This document shows, piece after piece, positions 38,083-47,548 of a stretch of DNA of 59,911 nt. The DNA lies in IMG/VR virus record IMGVR_UViG_3300040971_000369, positions 1 to 59,911 of that record; one strand, given 5' to 3'. The position numbers and the translations under genes are program-made. This DNA is from a virus (lineage: Duplodnaviria; Caudoviricetes). Positions within the stretch are counted from its first letter, which is position 1; the number at the start of each line of letters is the position of its first letter. The notes below the pieces were generated by a model. The model was not told the origin of the DNA. It saw only the letters and a program-made list of their open reading frames with translations, and did no database searches.

Positions 38083-39417
38083 TTATGCCCTCGTCAGATC
38101 GGCGATGAGAATGCGTACGTTTTTGGCCTTTGTAATCTGTCCCGCATCGCCGTTCGTGATCTTCACGGCGATAACGTCGCCAGGCTTGAGTATAGGAGAG
38201 ATAATCGTGCTCGTGTAAGTGTGGTATCCGGTCGATGGTGCGATAAAGCCTACAAAGTCAGTCCTTTTTACTCCATTCAAGAAGATCGCAGCCATAACTT
38301 TGCCTGGATTGCCGCCGTCGTTTGCGGACACATCAAAGGACACGGAGAAGGTGCCGTAGGCCTCGATGCGAAACGCAGCTACGAATTTGTCATCCTGAAG
38401 TCCGTCCCAATTTCCACTAAGGTGGTCATAGCCGTATCCGAACGGAGAGGCGTCCCCATAACCATTGTCAACTAATGCGCCCGTGTATGTTACCTCGTTG
38501 TCCTGGCGCATGTAGATCTCGGAGCCGGGAGTAAGTTCCCAACCGCCGCCAGAATTCGGTGGGGTTTTCCAGGACAGAGCCCCTTCCGTTGCCCCTGCGG
38601 TCAATACCTTTCCGCTGTTGGTCGTGCCCGTGGCCGGGACATGGAGATTCCCGTCGCCGGTCGGGTGCGCGTAGGCATTGGCCCCGGCCTGAACGCCGTC
38701 GAGCTTGGTCTTGTCGGCCCCGTTCATCAGTCCGGCGTTGCCGTCGGCCGCGACCAGCGGCAGCGTCACGTCCGACCCGGTCGAACTGGCAAGAAGCCGC
38801 GTCGAGGCCGTGTAGCTCAAATCCGTCCCGCCAGTAGTCCCGCCGCCTTCGGCAAGACCGTTCAATTTGGTTTTGTCGGAGGATGACATGAGCCCGGCGG
38901 CAGACGTCGTGGCCTCGGGCAGCGTCACGTCCGACCCGGTGGAACTGGACAGAAGCCGCGTCAGGGCCGCGTAGTTCAAATTCGTCCCGACGTTGACCTG
39001 CGCCCCGGCGGCGATGCCGTTCAATTTAGTCTTGTCGGTACTGCTCATCAGGCCACTCGCCGATGTGGTGGCCACGGCCGTTCCAGCCTTGGCATTGAGG
39101 GCCGTCTGTGTCGCCGTGCTGATCGGCTTGTTCGCGTCGGACGTGTTGTCCACGTTGTTCAGCCCTACATCCGCCTTGGCGAGCGTGCCCCAAGAAGGCG
39201 AACCGGCGGTGGCCCCGGCCTTGAGCACCTTGCCATTGTTGGCTGTGCCCGTGGCGGGGACGTGGAGATTCCCGTCCCCGGACGGATGCACATAGGCGTT
39301 GGCTCCTGCAGCAATCCCGTTCAGTTTGGTCACGGCCGCAGACGGCATGAGCCCGGCGGCCTCGGTTGTGGCTTCGGGAAGATCGACCATGTGCTTCGGT
39401 ATGAGTTGCAATGCCAT
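38083..39417 (-). CDS. Tail fibre/spike protein with internal repeats
   Basis: GLMS..DKTKLNG repeats, HP.GDGNLHVPATGT x2, DVGLNNVDNTSDANKPISTA. Confidence 0.75.
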   Translation of the reverse strand: MALQLIPKHMVDLPEATTEAAGLMPSAAVTKLNGIAAGANAYVHPSGDGNLHVPATGTANNGKVLKAGATAGSPSWGTLAKADVGLNNVDNTSDANKPISTATQTALNAKAGTAVATTSASGLMSSTDKTKLNGIAAGAQVNVGTNLNYAALTRLLSSSTGSDVTLPEATTSAAGLMSSSDKTKLNGLAEGGGTTGGTDLSYTASTRLLASSTGSDVTLPLVAADGNAGLMNGADKTKLDGVQAGANAYAHPTGDGNLHVPATGTTNSGKVLTAGATEGALSWKTPPNSGGGWELTPGSEIYMRQDNEVTYTGALVDNGYGDASPFGYGYDHLSGNWDGLQDDKFVAAFRIEAYGTFSVSFDVSANDGGNPGKVMAAIFLNGVKRTDFVGFIAPSTGYHTYTSTIISPILKPGDVIAVKITNGDAGQITKAKNVRILIADLTRA

Positions 39418-39429
39418 GAAGAACCCTCC

Positions 39430-41289
39430 CTAGTATTTGATGATGCCCAGGAACGCGACGTTGCGCGGACGGTTTTCGGTAGCAGTCGGAACAACTTTAG
39501 ATGCGTCAAAGCTGACACTTTTTGTGGCATTATTGAATCCGTCTCCAGACTCATCAGTTGCTTCTCGGCTGTATCCCAGACTCACGCCGAACGCGCCGTT
39601 GCCCCACCCATTGAGAAAGCGAGAGCCGTATGTACCGGCCCCAGTATCAAAGGTCCCGGTAATGTTCCGTATCGCATCGCCCTGCGCCGACCCCAACACG
39701 CGCCCGGAATCAACCCCGCGCCCGTCGTCCCAGAACCTCGGGAACTCGCCCCGAACCTCTGGCAGGTTAAATGTCGTGGAGCCGTCGCCTGCGCCGTATC
39801 TCGTGCCGATGGCCGCGAACAAAGACGCATACGTCGTCCGCGACACGGCCAAGCCGTTGCAGCGCAGATAGCCGCTCGGAACGGTCGCACCCGCATAGGT
39901 GAACACCGTCCCGGCCGGAATACTCCCCGGATGCGAATGCGATTCAATGATCCCGGTCAGCACTGCCTCTATCTCGGCCTTCAAAATGTTGCTGTTCTTC
40001 TGCGCGTTGGCCGGAGCGTGGACAGTCTGCGAATGGTCATAGGCCGCCTTGCCACGGTCCCCGCGGTAGGCAGTGGTTTCCGACTCGCCGAGTTGCAGGC
40101 CGAACACGCTCAGATCCACCCAATAGGTTGCGTTGTCGCCCACCGGATCAACGCCGGTATGTCCGAGGATGCATATGTATTTATGCCCGTCGCTGCCGGT
40201 CACGAGCGACGTGGCCACATAGGCGTGGGTCTGGCTCCATGCGTCGATATCCCTGTCCGCGGCAGCGCTTATCGCCTTATCGCGGGCCGCTTCCGCGCCG
40301 GCTTTGGCGAGTTTCGCCCCGGACTGCGCCAGCTCCGCCGAAGCCTGCGCCATTTGCGCCCCGTCCTGCGCCGCTTCGGCGGCGAGCGCCGCAGCCTTTG
40401 ACCCGTTGTAGAAATCCGTCAGGATGGACGCGCTGGACATGACCAGAGACAGCACCTCGTAAGGCGTATCCTGCGACACTGGCCCGCCGATCTTGATGTG
40501 CGTTTCATCCACGAAAGTCAGGCTGGTCTGGGGCTCTTTGGTGCGCCCGAGGTACACGGCCACGTTCTTGCGCACCGTGTCGCACGGCCACGGCAGAGTG
40601 ATAGTGTTCGCGCCCTGCAGGAGCGTTCCCGTCGCCGTCTGGAACCCAAGACCCGAAGCGTCGATGGCGGATTGCAGGGCCTGGGCTGCGGACGCTTCCG
40701 CCTCGTCGACAGCCTGGTCCGCGCGCACCGCGTCGGCAATCGCGTCTTCTGCAGCCTGGTAGGCGGCCAAGGCGTCAAGCTGAATGGATGCAATATCAGC
40801 CTCGGTCTGCGCGGTAGCTTCGGCCGATGACTGCGCGGCGGCGGCCGACACCGCGGCAGCCTCGGCGGAATCCTCCGCGCTCTGCGCGAAATCGACAGCC
40901 TCAATCGATGCGGCTTCGGCATTTTCGGCCCAGCGCAGCATCTGGGCCAGCGTCTCGGCGGCCATCTCGTCCTGATTGGCCACTGTGTTCAGGATGTCCG
41001 CCGTGAGGTAGCCCGCGACCACCGTCCCGGCTATCCAGGCCTGCGGCGCCGTGCCTTCGCGGCCGCGAATGACAGTCAGCACATTTGAGGCAATGGCCGT
41101 GCAGTAAACAATCTCCTGGATGCCGGGGATGCCCTCGTGATGCATCGTCAGCGCCAGGCGCTTGCCCACCGGAATCTCGAGCGGATAATTCACCGCGTTG
41201 ACTATCGGAATTTGCGTGGCCGCTGCCGTGATGCCGGGAACATCCACCTGGCTGCGCACCGCATTGGCGAACATGAAATAGCTGCCCAT
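39430..41289 (-). CDS. Tail fibre protein with tail-collar domain
   Basis: IPAGTVFTYAG..VPSGYLRCNG.AVSRTTYASLFAAIG...FNLPEVRGEFPR; ENRPRNVAF. Confidence 0.9.
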   Translation of the reverse strand: MGSYFMFANAVRSQVDVPGITAAATQIPIVNAVNYPLEIPVGKRLALTMHHEGIPGIQEIVYCTAIASNVLTVIRGREGTAPQAWIAGTVVAGYLTADILNTVANQDEMAAETLAQMLRWAENAEAASIEAVDFAQSAEDSAEAAAVSAAAAQSSAEATAQTEADIASIQLDALAAYQAAEDAIADAVRADQAVDEAEASAAQALQSAIDASGLGFQTATGTLLQGANTITLPWPCDTVRKNVAVYLGRTKEPQTSLTFVDETHIKIGGPVSQDTPYEVLSLVMSSASILTDFYNGSKAAALAAEAAQDGAQMAQASAELAQSGAKLAKAGAEAARDKAISAAADRDIDAWSQTHAYVATSLVTGSDGHKYICILGHTGVDPVGDNATYWVDLSVFGLQLGESETTAYRGDRGKAAYDHSQTVHAPANAQKNSNILKAEIEAVLTGIIESHSHPGSIPAGTVFTYAGATVPSGYLRCNGLAVSRTTYASLFAAIGTRYGAGDGSTTFNLPEVRGEFPRFWDDGRGVDSGRVLGSAQGDAIRNITGTFDTGAGTYGSRFLNGWGNGAFGVSLGYSREATDESGDGFNNATKSVSFDASKVVPTATENRPRNVAFLGIIKY

Positions 41290-41471
41290 CAAAGCCCCCT
41301 GGCCACGACCACGACCATTCGCGGGGCTTCCGCGATGACGTAGGTGACGTTGCTGAAAATTCTGTCCGGCGGCGTGATCTCCGGGATCAACCGATGCTCC
41401 GGGTCCACCGCGTCGATGCGCGGAAACGAATACGGGTATGCCCCGATCTCGCACATGCCGATGTGCATCAC
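41289..41471 (-). CDS. Small phage protein
   Basis: Stop/start overlaps with both neighbours. Confidence 0.55.
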   Translation of the reverse strand: MMHIGMCEIGAYPYSFPRIDAVDPEHRLIPEITPPDRIFSNVTYVIAEAPRMVVVVARGL

Positions 41472-41866
41472 TGCCTCCTGGCGGTGTGGGACAGCGTCAT
41501 GCGGAAATCGACGCCGTACACATGCACCGCATCCCCGTCCGGGGCGTACACGAACAGGTCGCCGCCGAACCGCTCAAGCTCCAGGGCCGCGCTGACGCTC
41601 TCCGGGATCTCCCAGACGATGAGGCCACCGTCGGACAGGGAAATATGCCCCTCGGCGCTCGTCAGCCGCGCCAGCGGCTCCGGATCGTCGGGGCATTCCC
41701 GCAGGTCCATCTGCGCGGAATACGATGCCAGCTCCGGCCACGGCGTGACCCAATCCGGCGCCATGAACATGACGTTGCGCTCCACGCTCGCGCCCTGGAC
41801 AAATTCGACGACGACCCGCTCACTCTGGTTGATGGTGATGGGCTTTTGCGTTCTTCTAACGGCCAT
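41468..41866 (-). CDS. Phage structural hypothetical protein (beta-sandwich)
   Basis: FVQGAS...YSAQMDLR...DLFVYAPDG pattern. Confidence 0.6.
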   Translation of the reverse strand: MAVRRTQKPITINQSERVVVEFVQGASVERNVMFMAPDWVTPWPELASYSAQMDLRECPDDPEPLARLTSAEGHISLSDGGLIVWEIPESVSAALELERFGGDLFVYAPDGDAVHVYGVDFRMTLSHTARRQ

Positions 41867-42302
41867 TGGCCCCTCCGGCGTATTTCACGATGACGGCGGC
41901 TTCCGCCTGCCTCCTGAGCACCAGGCCCGGCAGCTTCCTTCCGCCGCCGAAGACCCATTTGACGATTTCGTCACTGGCCCCGTCAAAGTCCCCTGCATCG
42001 ATCCTCTTCTTGAGCGTGGACGCCCTGTACCGCCCAAGCCCAAGGTTGTAGCAAAAATCGGCAATGGCCTGATGGACTTCGGGCTGCGCGGCCAGGACGG
42101 GCGAGGCCTTCAGGGCGGCCAGGAAATACAGCAGCGCGTCACCCTCCAGGCGCTGGTCCGCCTGCTCCTGGGTCCAGGACACACCCTTTTGGATGCCCGG
42201 GCCGGTCGCGCCCCAACCCAGCGTCCACACGCCTGCAGGGCAAAGATAGGCCACGAGCTTGCAGCCCTCGAAGCGGCGGATCAGGGTCAGGAGGATGTTC
42301 AT
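41856..42302 (-). CDS. Endolysin, GH24 lysozyme
   Basis: IRRFEGCKLVAYLCPAGVWTLGWG...FCYNLG...LPGLVLRRQAE. Confidence 0.95.
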   Translation of the reverse strand: MNILLTLIRRFEGCKLVAYLCPAGVWTLGWGATGPGIQKGVSWTQEQADQRLEGDALLYFLAALKASPVLAAQPEVHQAIADFCYNLGLGRYRASTLKKRIDAGDFDGASDEIVKWVFGGGRKLPGLVLRRQAEAAVIVKYAGGANGR

Positions 42303-42781
42303 CGAATCACCGACGGACGGCGCAGGGAGCGGTCCACGAACCAAAACGAAATAATGCTGGCCGCAATGGCCTTTTCCGGCTGTCCGAACACGGTCAGCAG
42401 TGCCGCCGGCGCGGAAAAGTCATGCTGCATGAGCCCGTAGAACTGTACGCTCATGGCCCCGGTATAGAGCACGATGACCCACCAGAACGTAATGATCGGC
42501 CTCATGAGCGCGTTGATTCCATCCACCCACCGCACCCCGGACTTCATGCCCTGGGCCTTGGTCGCGGCAATGATGGCCTCGATCTCCTTTTGCCCGATGA
42601 TGACATCCGCCTGCGCGTTGATCTTGTCGATCTCCATCTGCGTGCGCAGCCGGTCGGACTCCATCTGGCGATCCAGCATGAACAGCTCGTGCTTGCGCTC
42701 GTCCTTGCGGTCCATCCACTTCAGCACTTCCGGCAGCAGCCGGAACACCCCGCCGAAGATCATTCCGAAAAGCTCAACCAT
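42299..42781 (-). CDS. Putative holin
   Basis: MRPIITFWW TM segment and ISFWFVDRSL; directly upstream of the lysozyme. Confidence 0.7.
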   Translation of the reverse strand: MVELFGMIFGGVFRLLPEVLKWMDRKDERKHELFMLDRQMESDRLRTQMEIDKINAQADVIIGQKEIEAIIAATKAQGMKSGVRWVDGINALMRPIITFWWVIVLYTGAMSVQFYGLMQHDFSAPAALLTVFGQPEKAIAASIISFWFVDRSLRRPSVIR

Positions 42782-42783
42782 GG

Positions 42784-43173
42784 CTACCCCCTCCCCGAAA
42801 CCTGCCTGACCCAGACTATGACACCTCCGACGACGGCCAAACCCAGTATGGTCAGCGCAACCATGACGCAGCGCGTGATGATTTTGAGCCCCAACTTTTC
42901 GGCTTCGCGCCGGTACTTGGCGACAAACTGATTATTGTCGCGGATGACTCCTATTCCCGTGGCCAGGTCGCCGTCGCCAAGCTCTTTGACCGCGAACAGC
43001 ATGTTCTCGACCTGCTTGACCTCCTCCGGGTTCAGGTCGAAAACGCACTCGCACTGGTAGTCCCGGATGCCTGCGGCTACGGCCCGCTGGACGATGGATT
43101 CGAGCTCGTCGCGGCGGACATACTGCCTGTCTCTCTCGCGCCGCATGGAATTCCTGCGTTCGGACTCGGACAC
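42784..43173 (-). CDS. Phage membrane protein (C-terminal TM)
   Basis: Hydrophobic C-terminus; in the lysis cluster. Confidence 0.6.
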   Translation of the reverse strand: MSESERRNSMRRERDRQYVRRDELESIVQRAVAAGIRDYQCECVFDLNPEEVKQVENMLFAVKELGDGDLATGIGVIRDNNQFVAKYRREAEKLGLKIITRCVMVALTILGLAVVGGVIVWVRQVSGRG

Positions 43174-43178
43174 GGCAC

Positions 43179-44402
43179 TCACTCCCGCGCCAGCGGCCTG
43201 GCGGTCCTCGAGGGGTCGTTCGCGGGCAACACGGCCTGAATGCCGTACTTCCAATGCATCCAGGCGATGACTTTCCGGATCTCGTCGTCTGTCTCGCTGC
43301 CGTCGGTGAAGACGGCATCGCCATGCCCTCCGAGCATGAACTCGGCACCGGGGCCGGAGCCGAAATACAGCCTGTCCTCCCTGGTGTTCACGTCGATGTT
43401 GCCGGACGCCTTGAGCGTTCCGTTCTTCCAGATCCTCATCAGGCCGCCGTTGCCGGCCCAATGTACGCAAGCCGTCTTGACGCTGGTGCCGATGGCGTCG
43501 CCGGAACTCAGATCCTGCGCCCATCCCGTGAAATAGGGGTCGCCGGCGGGGCTGGTCCGGAACTGCAGGGCGAACCGGGCCGCGGTCGTGTTTGTGCCCT
43601 GCTGCGTGATCGTGTTGCTGCCGCTGTAGCGGTCCGGCCTGTAGATCACGTATTGCCCGCGAGCCGCCCTGCCCGTGGGCAGACCGGTGTTTGACAGTCT
43701 CTGCAACCCGTCTCCGCCGTCATAGGCAATCACCGGCCGACCGTTGATGCCGAAAATTCCCGAAACACGATTCGGCTGCACGGACGAACCATCCCGTGTC
43801 ACGGCGACGTTCGCCACCCTGTCGGCCCAGGCCGACACTTTCAACCCGGACGACGTGATGCGCGACGTGTCGAACGCATCCCACCAGCGCCGAAGCTTCA
43901 CGCCCAGGTCGAAGGGCGTGAAATAGCCGAAGGTGGCTCCGGTTTCGCCGTTTTGGGGATGGTACGGACTCCCTGCGTCGAGGTTCCACTCCGTCCCCGC
44001 CTTCCAGGCCGCGGCGGCCGCGGCGACGCTGTGCACCGCGACCGTGCCGGGTGCGGGATTTATGGCCGTGCCGTCTGTGATGGTCACGGTGACGGACACA
44101 TCGCCGTCGAACCCTGCCGGCGGCGTGAATGTCCACGTCCCACCGCCGTTGTCCTGCACGGAGCCGAAGGACACGGAGACGGACACGACAGACAGCGCGT
44201 CGTCGATGTCCGCACCCGAGACCGTGGCCAGAAGCTGCGCTTTGGTCCAGGCGACCGGATGGCCCTCCGTGGCGTGGCCGAGGTCGAGCGTCCCGACCAC
44301 AACGGGCGCCGCATTTAACCGTCCGGCACGCCAGGAAACATACCTTGGCGCATCGGCCGGAACGCGCAGACGCGGCGCGCAGCGGACGGGATGGATGCTC
44401 AC
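43179..44402 (-). CDS. Virion accessory protein: cadherin-like/Ig domain + LamG/ConA-like domain
   Basis: NAAPVV...D.DD...WTFTPPAGFDGDVSVTVTITDG; WWDA.D...VSAWAD. Confidence 0.75.
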   Translation of the reverse strand: MSIHPVRCAPRLRVPADAPRYVSWRAGRLNAAPVVVGTLDLGHATEGHPVAWTKAQLLATVSGADIDDALSVVSVSVSFGSVQDNGGGTWTFTPPAGFDGDVSVTVTITDGTAINPAPGTVAVHSVAAAAAAWKAGTEWNLDAGSPYHPQNGETGATFGYFTPFDLGVKLRRWWDAFDTSRITSSGLKVSAWADRVANVAVTRDGSSVQPNRVSGIFGINGRPVIAYDGGDGLQRLSNTGLPTGRAARGQYVIYRPDRYSGSNTITQQGTNTTAARFALQFRTSPAGDPYFTGWAQDLSSGDAIGTSVKTACVHWAGNGGLMRIWKNGTLKASGNIDVNTREDRLYFGSGPGAEFMLGGHGDAVFTDGSETDDEIRKVIAWMHWKYGIQAVLPANDPSRTARPLARE

Positions 44403-44692
44403 CGCAGCCCCCAGGGCTCGGCGCGATAGCAGATGGTCAGGGCGCGGTCCGGGGTGATGCGGACCTTGTCCGCTTCCAGAACCATGCAGTACGGAACGCG
44501 GTCCGCCTTGGTCAGGTCGATGGTCGCGTAGAGACGCAAGCCCGAACCGTCATCGACCTCGATGGTCGCACGGCCCTCGTTGCCCAGGGGGTTGGACACG
44601 CCGATCTGGTGCCAGGCGGTGCCGGCCGGAACCTCGGCGCCCGCGCTCAACTCCACGACCGTAGCCTGATTTTCAGCGTAAAATCGTATCAT
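44399..44692 (-). CDS. Phage hypothetical protein
   Basis: Translationally coupled ORF in the late operon. Confidence 0.6.
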   Translation of the reverse strand: MIRFYAENQATVVELSAGAEVPAGTAWHQIGVSNPLGNEGRATIEVDDGSGLRLYATIDLTKADRVPYCMVLEADKVRITPDRALTICYRAEPWGLR

Positions 44693-45234
44693 TCGAAACT
44701 CCTCCCTACGGCATGGTAAGTAACCGCCACGCCGGGCGTGGCGACTTTGCCCCGCGCGCGGCCAATGGCCTTGCGGAAATCCTCGGCATTGGCCGCCGCC
44801 AGGAGCATGTCGCCCCAGGGCTGCTTTTGTCTGAACAGTCTGGCCAGGGCGCCGTACATCACGGCATCGGCCATGTCCTCGCGCTCGCGGTCGCCCACTT
44901 CCGTCTTCTTGTCGGCCACGCCCACGGCCACGGTCAGCGCGATCTCCACGTCCTCGGCCCGCGGCTCAAGGAGCGTGTACGTGCTGCCGTCGATCTCAAA
45001 GGGCAATCCGGCGGGCGCGGCGCGAAGCACGTACAGAAACCGCCCGGGCACGCGCATGGTCAGATCCTTTTTGACGCGTCCGGCCTTGATGGTGAAATCA
45101 ATGTCTTCCACCCACGAGCCGGACTGCTCGAAATATTCCCGCGCGGCCTTAAGTACGGCCCGCTCCACCGTGGGGGACGGACAGCCGGGCACCTCGGCCC
45201 GCACGACCTGAATGATCTCGGTCATCCAGTTCAT
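44689..45234 (-). CDS. Head-tail adaptor / tail tubular A-like protein
   Basis: VPGCPSP...AAREYFEQSGSW...GALARLF..KQPW. Confidence 0.7.
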   Translation of the reverse strand: MNWMTEIIQVVRAEVPGCPSPTVERAVLKAAREYFEQSGSWVEDIDFTIKAGRVKKDLTMRVPGRFLYVLRAAPAGLPFEIDGSTYTLLEPRAEDVEIALTVAVGVADKKTEVGDREREDMADAVMYGALARLFRQKQPWGDMLLAAANAEDFRKAIGRARGKVATPGVAVTYHAVGRSFE

Positions 45235-45926
45235 ACCTGTTCCCCCTGCACGTTCAGGATGCGTTGCGGATTGGCCATCATCGCCGCCTCGCGGCCCTTG
45301 CCCAGGGCCACCAGGTACTGCTGCAGGAAAAACGCGGCCCGCTCGCGCACGCCGTGGTCCGTCTGCTTCAGGCAGGCCCGGCCCAGCACGTAGTTGAGCA
45401 GCGCGTCGGTATCGTCCACGGACACGCTGGCGCAGGCCGGGGCGGGCGCCAGGCTGTTGTCTGCCAGATACACGTCCACGTCCGGGGCCACGGCCGGGCA
45501 GATCAGTTCCAGCTTGTTATCCGTGGGCTCATCGTAGGCCGGATAGATCCAGAAGGTTTTGGGGTCCGCCGGCAGGTACATCCAGTGTTCAACGCCTATG
45601 CCGTCCACCACCACGGCGCTGGTCCAGGACGGCGGCAGATCCTTGCGCTCAACCAAAGACAGCGCCCCGCCGTGCTCCGGGTCGTTGCGCGTGACGTCGA
45701 AGACGCCAAGACAGGTCACGGGCGCGGACGGCACGGTCTGGCGCGGGCCTTTGACCAGCGGCACCCAGGCCGTGTGCACGTAGGAGCCGGGCTTCCAGAT
45801 GCACATGGTCCGCTGCCCGAGGTTCAGCCAACGCTGAATCTCGGACTCGGACCAGAACACGCCCACGCCCACCTCGCCGAGCTGCAGCTTGGCCAGCTCG
45901 ATCAGCTCCACGGCCGGGGTGGCCAC
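45231..45926 (-). CDS. Phage adaptor protein (DUF6682-like)
   Basis: FWSESEIQRWLN...FWIYP...ALLNYVLGRA. Confidence 0.7.
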   Translation of the reverse strand: MATPAVELIELAKLQLGEVGVGVFWSESEIQRWLNLGQRTMCIWKPGSYVHTAWVPLVKGPRQTVPSAPVTCLGVFDVTRNDPEHGGALSLVERKDLPPSWTSAVVVDGIGVEHWMYLPADPKTFWIYPAYDEPTDNKLELICPAVAPDVDVYLADNSLAPAPACASVSVDDTDALLNYVLGRACLKQTDHGVRERAAFFLQQYLVALGKGREAAMMANPQRILNVQGEQV

Positions 45927-46445
45927 TTAGACCGCCCCGCCCTTCATTTCTTCGCTCGCGCCTTCGCCGCCCGCAGGCTCGTCATCGTTATCGAGCAGTC
46001 CGGCGGCTTTATCCGCAGCCCGCTTGGCGGCCAGCTTTTCAGCGGCCTTGGCGGCCTTCTTGGCCTCGTCGGCCAGCTCCTTGTCCAGGGCGGCCAGATC
46101 CAGCTTGCCGTAGATGATGAGATGAAAGCGCATGCGCTGGGAGTGAACCCGATAATACACGGGCACCCCGTTCTCCTGCGCCTCTTCGAGCTTCATGTCC
46201 TGGAACACGGCCAGGGCCAGAACCGACAGATGCCCATGCGGGCAGATCCAGTCCTGTTCGCGCGGGATCATGAACTCGTCGCCGTTGCAGCACCCGGTTA
46301 CGGGCTCCTTGCCGTCCAGGGACTCCTGATTGTTGATGCGGATGCGGAACAGATCCGTATGCGGATGCTGCAGGCGCAGACGCGCCACGCGCTCGCGCTC
46401 TTCCGTCTTGACTTTGACCACGCCGACATCGCTGAGATTCAACAT
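45927..46445 (-). CDS. Phage hypothetical protein following the capsid gene
   Basis: GAGGA SD; NG..FMIPR motif. Confidence 0.65.
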   Translation of the reverse strand: MLNLSDVGVVKVKTEERERVARLRLQHPHTDLFRIRINNQESLDGKEPVTGCCNGDEFMIPREQDWICPHGHLSVLALAVFQDMKLEEAQENGVPVYYRVHSQRMRFHLIIYGKLDLAALDKELADEAKKAAKAAEKLAAKRAADKAAGLLDNDDEPAGGEGASEEMKGGAV

Positions 46446-46457
46446 GAGATTCCTCAT

Positions 46458-46484
46458 AAAAAAGGGGGCGAAAGGTCCGCCCCC
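46458..46484 (-). terminator. Intrinsic terminator after the major capsid gene
   Basis: GGGGCG-loop-CGCCCC followed by a T-run. Confidence 0.75.
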
Positions 46485-46489
46485 GTGGG

Positions 46490-47527
46490 TTAGGCTTTGA
46501 CCGCGACTTCCGCGCGCACAAACCAGTCGTCGTTCAGGATGCAGGCCCCGGCCATGCCCTTGGCGCCGATGTAGCCGCGCTGGCCAAGCACGTCGGACTT
46601 GTCTTTCCTGCTCGGCGGGATGACGGACGGGGTCAGGGCGTTCATGCCCTTGAAGGCCGAAATGGCGTAGGCGTTCTCGGCAAAAATCAGGATCGGGTAC
46701 ACGTCGGCCTTGACGCCGGTGGTCGAGATCATGGCCCCCTTGTCCCCGCCCGCATCGGCCCAGGGCGTCAGCAGGGTCGAAGTCAGGAAGCGAAAACCAA
46801 GCAGCGAGCCGATTTCGTTTTCAAAGGGGCTCTTGGTCGAATAGTCCTCGGGCTTTTTCCAGCCGATGATCTTTTCCAGGGAACTCTCCAGGTCCGTATG
46901 GCACACCGCGATGTAGGACTTGGGCATGTGCACGGTCCCGAATTCCACGGTGGGGCCCACGAACTTGGTGATGGGCTTGGCGTCCTTGCGTTTTAAAAAA
47001 CGCTGGATCTTGACGAACAGATCCTTGTTCGGCTCGATGTTGACGGCCGTGCGGGCCGTGCCGTTGGCGAAGAACACGGAGGTTCCGGCCACCAGACCGC
47101 CGAAGCGCAGCAGCTCCAGGCTCTCGGCCATCTGCTCGGAGACGACCTCCACGCCCTCCTGGATGACCGGATCGTCATGGTGATCCTCGATCTCGTCCGA
47201 AATCTCGACCACAAAGCCGATGCGCGTCAGCGGCAGGACATAATCCTGCGCCGTGAGCTTCTGGGAGGCCGGCGTCACGCCCTCGGTCAGGGCCGTGGTC
47301 GCAGGCGGCAGCTTCTTGAAGCGCCGGAAAAACATCTGCTGGCCCTTGCCCTTGGACAGGGATTTGGACTTGCCGAACTGCTCGAACACCATGTGCGAGT
47401 GGGCCCGCTCCAGCATGTCGTAACAGATGTCGCCCAGGGTGCGCGGGGAAATGTCGCCCGTACTGCCCTGGGAGCCGATGGCCGGGTTGTAGCCAGGCCG
47501 TTTATAAGTGGTTCCTGCGTATGCCAT
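46490..47527 (-). CDS. Major capsid protein, N4-gp56 family
   Basis: FRRF...LTEGVTP...EIGS...FRF...DVYPIL...D.LGQRGYIGAK. Confidence 0.9.
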   Translation of the reverse strand: MAYAGTTYKRPGYNPAIGSQGSTGDISPRTLGDICYDMLERAHSHMVFEQFGKSKSLSKGKGQQMFFRRFKKLPPATTALTEGVTPASQKLTAQDYVLPLTRIGFVVEISDEIEDHHDDPVIQEGVEVVSEQMAESLELLRFGGLVAGTSVFFANGTARTAVNIEPNKDLFVKIQRFLKRKDAKPITKFVGPTVEFGTVHMPKSYIAVCHTDLESSLEKIIGWKKPEDYSTKSPFENEIGSLLGFRFLTSTLLTPWADAGGDKGAMISTTGVKADVYPILIFAENAYAISAFKGMNALTPSVIPPSRKDKSDVLGQRGYIGAKGMAGACILNDDWFVRAEVAVKA

Positions 47528-47548
47528 TTATGAAATTCCTCGTCGGAC

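Noticed and set aside
38083-41289. Diversity-generating retroelement or invertible tail-fibre cassette
   Set aside because: No reverse transcriptase, no TR/VR pair, and no inverted repeats or reversed fibre ends seen.
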